Below are positions 58,708-64,000 of a DNA stretch of 64,000 nt, in pieces. The DNA is taken from NCBI GenBank assembly GCA_048882045.1, contig JBHLRZ010000003.1, positions 64,001 through 128,000 on the forward strand, written 5' to 3'. Source of the stretch: Candidatus Thorarchaeota archaeon (GTDB lineage: Archaea > Asgardarchaeota > Thorarchaeia > Thorarchaeales > Thorarchaeaceae). The position numbers were made by a program, and so were the translations under genes. The first letter of the stretch is position 1. Each line of letters begins with the position of its first letter. The notes under the pieces were generated by a model. The model made no database searches. It saw only the letters and a program-made list of their open reading frames with translations, and was not told the DNA's origin.

Positions 58708-60372
58708 ATGACAACTCCTGAAGAGATTCTCAATATCCTGAACATAGGCGAGAATCGTAACACTGAATTCAAGCGGAAACTCACAAGAGCTGACCTGAAG
58801 ACTGACAGGAAACAGAAGCTAGTCACTCGCATTCGCTACATGACCTGTGAGAATCCATTCGAGGGAGTTTTTCTTATTGGAATCGAAGATATCGGAGGTA
58901 AAGAGTGGAAGATACATGGAATCTCAGAGAATTCGCTGAAGACCTCGGTGCGTATTCTGACAGAGTTGTGTGAAGAGGCGTCTGTAGAGATTGTCGAGGA
59001 AGAACAAGTCGAAACACCTCAGGGAATGGTGGGCATCTATCTACTCAAACGACTAGCAACGGAGGAGGTAAAGGAAACATGTTCTATCAACGTGGCGGGA
59101 AGGGTAAACTCGGGAAAGTCAAGCCTCATTGGTGCACTTGTGACAGGAAAACCCGACAATGGGAGCGGAAGTGCTAGGTCGTTTCTTCTCACTCATCCAC
59201 AAGAAATCACGCGTGGTCAGACAGCTGACATCCATCTCGCCTTCATGGGATTTGATGCTGAAGGAGGGACAATCTACCCAGACAATCCTCTCAGTAAGGA
59301 AGAGTCAGCAAGAGTCCTTGACCAGTCTGTAAAGGTGATTACATTCTTCGACGCACCAGGTCACAAGGAATACAGCAAGACAATGATCCGTTCAATCTTA
59401 GGAGCTGATGCGCAATATGGTCTTGTACTTATTCCTGGACCGGAGGAAGCGAATCTGATTCGTCAAGAAGAAAAGAACTTCGGCATACCACGCTTGGATG
59501 AAATCACTCGTGAACATATCATCCTGATGTCAAGCCAGAACGCACCATTCATAGTAGTGATATCGAAGATTGACAAGACAAGTCCGGATGACCTGGAACT
59601 TGTGAAAAATGTAGTGAGGAAGAGTCTGAAGGATGTAGGACGAATCCCGGTTTCTGTCCGCGGTGAAGAGGAAATTCCTCCTGTTGTGAGGGAACTAGGC
59701 AATCAGGTCATTGTGCCAATACTTCAGACATCTGCGCTTGAGCCATCATCATTGGAACTCCTCACGTACCTCCTAAGGAGTCTACCATCCAATTCAAAAC
59801 ACTCAGCCTTAGAGGAACCAGCTCGCGCCTATATCGATAAGGTGTACAGAGGAATCAAAGGCACAAATGTCGTTGTGACTGGAACCGTCAAGGCGGGGGT
59901 TTTCAAGAAGGGACAGACCCTAAGGGTTGGACCTGACACAGGAAACAACTTCTTTGATGGCCGTTTGTTCAGTATTGAGATGTTCAAGAAAAGGATCAAC
60001 ACCGTCAGAGCTGGAGACTTGTTTGGATTTGACATTAAAGACGTAGACAAGCATCTCATTCGGAGAGGGCAAATGATCACAGATCCCGATGAAGAATTCA
60101 ACGGATGTAAGACTTTCGAGGCAAACATCGTAGTAACACGACACCCAACCAAGATTGCAGTTGGCTATTCACCAGTCCTTCAATGTCACACTGTCCAGCA
60201 AACGGTTGTTTTGAAGAAGATCTATGATGCAGACTATTTGAGTGTCGGAGATTTTGCTAGGGTTCGACTTGAGTTCATGATGACACCCGAGGCTGTTGCA
60301 GAGGGTGATAAGATTGTGTTACGAGAAGCAAACACAAGGGCAATAGGAACCATTGTAGAAATCCTCAGATAG
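58708..60372 (+). CDS. Translational GTPase of the GTPBP1/aGTPBP family with N-terminal AlbA/Schlafen-like domain
   Basis: GENRNTEFK; GRVNSGKS, HPQEITRGQT, DAPGH, SKID; EF-Tu-like domains II and III. Confidence 0.85.
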   Translation: MTTPEEILNILNIGENRNTEFKRKLTRADLKTDRKQKLVTRIRYMTCENPFEGVFLIGIEDIGGKEWKIHGISENSLKTSVRILTELCEEASVEIVEEEQVETPQGMVGIYLLKRLATEEVKETCSINVAGRVNSGKSSLIGALVTGKPDNGSGSARSFLLTHPQEITRGQTADIHLAFMGFDAEGGTIYPDNPLSKEESARVLDQSVKVITFFDAPGHKEYSKTMIRSILGADAQYGLVLIPGPEEANLIRQEEKNFGIPRLDEITREHIILMSSQNAPFIVVISKIDKTSPDDLELVKNVVRKSLKDVGRIPVSVRGEEEIPPVVRELGNQVIVPILQTSALEPSSLELLTYLLRSLPSNSKHSALEEPARAYIDKVYRGIKGTNVVVTGTVKAGVFKKGQTLRVGPDTGNNFFDGRLFSIEMFKKRINTVRAGDLFGFDIKDVDKHLIRRGQMITDPDEEFNGCKTFEANIVVTRHPTKIAVGYSPVLQCHTVQQTVVLKKIYDADYLSVGDFARVRLEFMMTPEAVAEGDKIVLREANTRAIGTIVEILR

Positions 60373-62059
60373 CACCCTCACTCCAAGTGAAAACCGTTTC
60401 ATCATATGAGAAGGATTGTTCATCACGCAGTATATTTCTAGGAGAACTGATTGATCGAACTAGCCAGAGTGATGGACCATTCTCATTCATTGTTTGAATA
60501 AGGGTGTTCTTCCAACTATTTGGAGCAGACACAACTGCTGTGGCTTCAGAATCTGTAGAAATGACTGTTCCTTCAAGACAGCAGGACCTTACAATGTCCA
60601 TGATAGCATTGTGCTCTCCTTGGAGTAAGAAGTCGGGATTCACACCGATGTGATTGAAGCTGGGCCACAGCGCGATCTGCCCTTTCTTCAGTAGACTATC
60701 AATTACTTGTGGAGAACCAACCAGCGTGTTTGCTAGCACCTCAAGGCTTCCGGAAGCCAATCGCTCCAAGACTGCGAGTTCTGCAGAGTTCAACTGTCTG
60801 TCTGTGAATTCGATTCGACCCACAAATGTCGATGGAGAAATGGTCGAAACTCCCAATTGAGATAATGCTGTTCTGATGATGTCCTTTCCATGAGGTATGA
60901 GACCACCAGCAGATGGGTACACATCCTCAAGATTCAGCCAGTAGTCAATTGAATTGATAGCATCTCCGTTTACATCAGCCACAGAAAACCTCTGGATTTT
61001 TTGATCTTGAATATACTCTATTTCGAGCCAAGATTTCTCATCCGATTCAGTACAAGATAGGGTCAAAGTAGTACCAAGTGGAGTGGGGTCACAAATGACT
61101 CGCGGAGCAAGATGAATCGATTCCATGACATGGCGGCGATTCTCTAGTTTTCGGGGTTTAAGCAATGTTCCACAGAATCCTCTAATCGTATGATAATCCT
61201 CAGTTCCTAGAGTGATGTGAGTCCCATGATGAATGACATCAATTGCTCGAATCCATTCTTGATTAGAAAAGTTCTGAGAAGATTCTCGAAGAAGAGATAG
61301 GATTCTGCTGAACCCGGAGCTTGAGTAACTCTGAGCATGTGTAATAATGTGGTTCATAATAGGGATAGATTCACTGTTTGTGCTCTTCTTTCTCCACTGT
61401 TCGAGGAAAGGTTTCCTATCGGATTCTTTCAACAGGAATAATGCCATTCCATTCCCGACTATATTTGCCATCTCAAAGTTGGCTGTCTTATCTTCTAGAA
61501 GTGTCAAGAATGCAGCACGCGAGATGATGCCTTGAGCTGACTTATCTCCCATAGCAGATTCTTCAAACAGTAGTTCGCTGTTTTCTCCTAGCTGAACGCC
61601 AAACGAGTGACTCGAACTAATTTGTCGAGTACGTGTGATGAAGATATCTGGAAAAGGTGGTTCACCTGTTGCTAGAGCTCTAGAAATTCGTCGTATTGCC
61701 TTTGCCAACGAATCACGAAGATCCTGAGTGGCTTCAATACGCAACTCCTCAGGAGTCAGTTCTCTTGGTTTTTCAAATTTGGCTATGAGCTTTGAATCCC
61801 GTCGAATCTTACTGTAGATTTTGGTGTCTACATTCTCGCCTACAAGAATAGTACCTGCAGCATTGAAGAAATAGACACGAATTCTGTCTAGAGATACTAC
61901 TGCGACCAAGAATGTGATACCCTTGAGTTTCTTGAAGTGCTTACGCATTACAGATGTTTTCACCCTAAGAACTTCAACCATGGCAGCACCGGTTTCCTTG
62001 AACTGGCGCTCTCCAAAGGCAGCAATCTCTTTCGGGATCTCCCTGCTACTTTTCGCCAT
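60365..62059 (-). CDS. Hypothetical protein (564 aa)
   Basis: Long ORF; no motif recognised. Confidence 0.7.
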   Translation of the reverse strand: MAKSSREIPKEIAAFGERQFKETGAAMVEVLRVKTSVMRKHFKKLKGITFLVAVVSLDRIRVYFFNAAGTILVGENVDTKIYSKIRRDSKLIAKFEKPRELTPEELRIEATQDLRDSLAKAIRRISRALATGEPPFPDIFITRTRQISSSHSFGVQLGENSELLFEESAMGDKSAQGIISRAAFLTLLEDKTANFEMANIVGNGMALFLLKESDRKPFLEQWRKKSTNSESIPIMNHIITHAQSYSSSGFSRILSLLRESSQNFSNQEWIRAIDVIHHGTHITLGTEDYHTIRGFCGTLLKPRKLENRRHVMESIHLAPRVICDPTPLGTTLTLSCTESDEKSWLEIEYIQDQKIQRFSVADVNGDAINSIDYWLNLEDVYPSAGGLIPHGKDIIRTALSQLGVSTISPSTFVGRIEFTDRQLNSAELAVLERLASGSLEVLANTLVGSPQVIDSLLKKGQIALWPSFNHIGVNPDFLLQGEHNAIMDIVRSCCLEGTVISTDSEATAVVSAPNSWKNTLIQTMNENGPSLWLVRSISSPRNILRDEQSFSYDETVFTWSEGAI

Positions 62060-62158
62060 TGCAGTATCCCCACATCTTTCTGTGAAACCCTACTGATAAA
62101 CAACATGCCATATGCGACAGCCTTAACTCCTTTCATAATTCAATCTGAATGACAAAAC

Positions 62159-62314
62159 ATGCAATTCGATATGACAATGCTGATCATTTGGTGGGTCGTC
62201 CCAATTTTCCTACTTGTAGGTAGAGCGGCTCTGGCTGGTTACAGGGCTAAGAAGAAACGTGATGAACTAAGACGACTAGAGGAAAGCTCTACACCATTTA
62301 CAAGAAGAATCTAA
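62159..62314 (+). CDS. Small single-TM protein, 51 aa (MQFDMTMLIIWWVVPIFLLVGRAALAGYRAKKKRDELRRLEESSTPFTRRI)
   Basis: Manual translation; hydrophobic N-terminus followed by a basic stop-transfer; fills the intergenic gap. Confidence 0.6.
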   Translation: MQFDMTMLIIWWVVPIFLLVGRAALAGYRAKKKRDELRRLEESSTPFTRRI

Positions 62315-62317
62315 TTA

Positions 62318-62800
62318 CTATGTTTCAACAGTTACTTCATCAGATTCATACATGGGCATGAGAATGTCTCGGGTTGGTGTTGTATTCATTACTACATCAA
62401 GTGTTTCGTCATTCCTCATCAGAATGCATCCCAAGAATTCGTACTCAAATTTGTCTAGCCGGATATTGACACCTCTCCTGGGAACCTGAGTCAGGAGAAG
62501 AATGATTGAGAAGTTACCTCGAGGAAGTTGATTCAAGATACCACGCTTCATGTCAGGTTCCAACTCACCTTCGAGCTGTTTGGTCATGACTCCCCTCTCA
62601 ATGAAGTTGTATCTGATTCTCTCGAAATCGCCACTCGAGCTCTTCTTTGGTCGGATGAAAGAGATGGAGTAGCCAAGTCGCTTCAGTGAGTTATATCCGA
62701 TTAATGTTCGAAATAGTGGTGGACTCAATCCTTCGAGTTCGACTTTTCTCAACTCCACAATTTCGCCATTTCGTCGTACCTTCAGGTTCATCTCAGTCAC
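62318..62800 (-). CDS. Hypothetical protein
   Basis: 160-aa ORF co-oriented with ogt. Confidence 0.65.
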   Translation of the reverse strand: MTEMNLKVRRNGEIVELRKVELEGLSPPLFRTLIGYNSLKRLGYSISFIRPKKSSSGDFERIRYNFIERGVMTKQLEGELEPDMKRGILNQLPRGNFSIILLLTQVPRRGVNIRLDKFEYEFLGCILMRNDETLDVVMNTTPTRDILMPMYESDEVTVET

Positions 62801-62835
62801 CGATCTAAACGGATCCCAATAGTAATACTAGCGTA

Positions 62836-63375
62836 TCATATGTCTATGTAAGGATTTCTGGAAAAACTCTCCGTGAATACTCCTTCGCGCGAAAGAAGAT
62901 CGATCTTTTTGTCTATTCCACCAGTGTATCCACCGAGACCAGTGGCTGAAACCACACGATGGCAAGGAATGATTGGTCCCAGCCGATTAATTCTCATAAC
63001 ATTTCCGACAAATCTTGCAGCACCAGGGAAACCAGCCTTTCTTGCCACCTCCCCATATGCCATGGTTGAACCATAAGGAATCTGCATTACGACCTTGAGA
63101 ACTGCAATCTGTTTCTCAGTGAACCCAGAGAAATCGAGTTTGACATCCTTGATTGCTGCATCTTGTTTGCCTTCATGGACATCAAAAACTGCGACGAGGG
63201 ACTCCAGTGAAGTTTCGTCATTAACAATCCGGAGACCTTTGCCATTTATCTCGCTGATTGCCTCCTTCTTTGTCTTTCGTGGGAGAGAAGAGGTATAGAG
63301 ACCTAGGGGTGTGAACACACCTGCCAAATAGGAACCATCCTTCTTTAGGATTGACAAGGTCTTCTCACTCAACAT
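62836..63375 (-). CDS. ogt: Methylated-DNA-protein-cysteine methyltransferase
   Basis: IPYG...YGEVA...ARFVG...IPCHRVV...LGGY. Confidence 0.94.
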   Translation of the reverse strand: MLSEKTLSILKKDGSYLAGVFTPLGLYTSSLPRKTKKEAISEINGKGLRIVNDETSLESLVAVFDVHEGKQDAAIKDVKLDFSGFTEKQIAVLKVVMQIPYGSTMAYGEVARKAGFPGAARFVGNVMRINRLGPIIPCHRVVSATGLGGYTGGIDKKIDLLSREGVFTESFSRNPYIDI

Positions 63376-63384
63376 TGAACACCT

Positions 63385-64000
63385 CTAAGTGGCTATTCTA
63401 CTGAGTTTTTTGACGACAAAGGCAAGAATCGAACTTAGTTCGGGATCACTCTTCTTTGAACCCAATGGAGACCAACCACCATCTTCATTCTGAGACTGGA
63501 TGATTAGCTCAATACCTGACTGAATAACCTCATTCTCAAGGTCAGTTTCAGGAGAGCCTGCTGATACTAGGTCAGCCATGTCAAATGTGGACTTCATTTC
63601 GATGGCGTCTTTCAGATGCTGATAAAGCGCTGCGCGACCATCGACATACACCTCATTCTCAGAGTTCACTCCAGCTGCTCTGAGTCCACTAAGGATGTTT
63701 CCGGTTGCGAGTGGATCGGATGTGTCTTGGTCTTTGAAATCAGGCCAGTTACCATCTTCATACTGGCTATAGAGCAGATAATCACGAGCTCGACGTATTC
63801 TCTCTTCATCTTTGTAGTCGACCAGACATAATGCCTCCAATGCTTTGCCTGTCAACCATGTCACACTCTTTGCTACTGGGTAGTGGTCACGACCAAACTC
63901 TCCCCACTTATCTTCGATATATGGGTCTATCTTGAGAGATTCTCCAAATCCACCATCTTGCTTCTGTCGAGAAACTAGAAACTCGACCAACCTCTCAATT
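63385..64000 (-). CDS. Prenyltransferase / squalene-cyclase (QW-like) repeat protein, 5' part outside the window
   Basis: Repeats QKQDGGF, QYEDGNW, QNEDGGW. Confidence 0.8.
   Translation of the reverse strand, partial: IERLVEFLVSRQKQDGGFGESLKIDPYIEDKWGEFGRDHYPVAKSVTWLTGKALEALCLVDYKDEERIRRARDYLLYSQYEDGNWPDFKDQDTSDPLATGNILSGLRAAGVNSENEVYVDGRAALYQHLKDAIEMKSTFDMADLVSAGSPETDLENEVIQSGIELIIQSQNEDGGWSPLGSKKSDPELSSILAFVVKKLSRIAT

Noticed and set aside
63385-64000. Prenyltransferase-fold protein as a Rab prenylating enzyme
   Set aside because: The Rab-like proteins here lack C-terminal Cys, the gene is truncated, and this repeat family is widespread in prokaryotes.
1-64000. tRNA, rRNA, CRISPR arrays, IS elements or integrases
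   Set aside because: None recognised by eye. tRNAscan-SE and Infernal would be needed to exclude small RNAs in the 225-527, 17366-17659 and 47260-47500 gaps.

Overview
Gene-dense archaeal chromosomal window, most consistent with an Asgard archaeon (Thorarchaeia-like). This is inferred from gene content, not from a database hit. Housekeeping genes are archaeal-type: aRF1 fragment, pheS/pheT, radA, topoisomerase VI A/B, geranylgeranyl reductase, cofE, grpE-dnaK-dnaJ, archaeal GTPBP and ogt. They are interleaved with eukaryotic-signature-like genes: two Rab-like GTPases, a Roadblock protein, a TPR-longin fusion, a probable Vps28-C-like protein and zinc-ribbon/TPR proteins. There are also three membrane-anchored S8 proteases. 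I saw no rRNA, tRNA, CRISPR array or mobile element. The best candidate for an undescribed system lies in the apparently non-coding 20.8-21.7 kb gap. It holds three co-oriented micro-ORFs (33, 34 and 39 aa) absent from the ORF track, with a shared upstream motif. Two of them are clear paralogues whose conserved codons differ largely by synonymous changes. They are followed by a 13-bp hairpin and an MFS transporter. Other highlights: (1) Top6A/Spo11 fused to histone-H1-like tails and two RadA-NTD-like HhH domains; (2) a Site-1-protease (MBTPS1)-like S8 protease; (3) a structured leader with a uORF ahead of a giant S8 protease; (4) a sirtuin with Arg at the catalytic His position.
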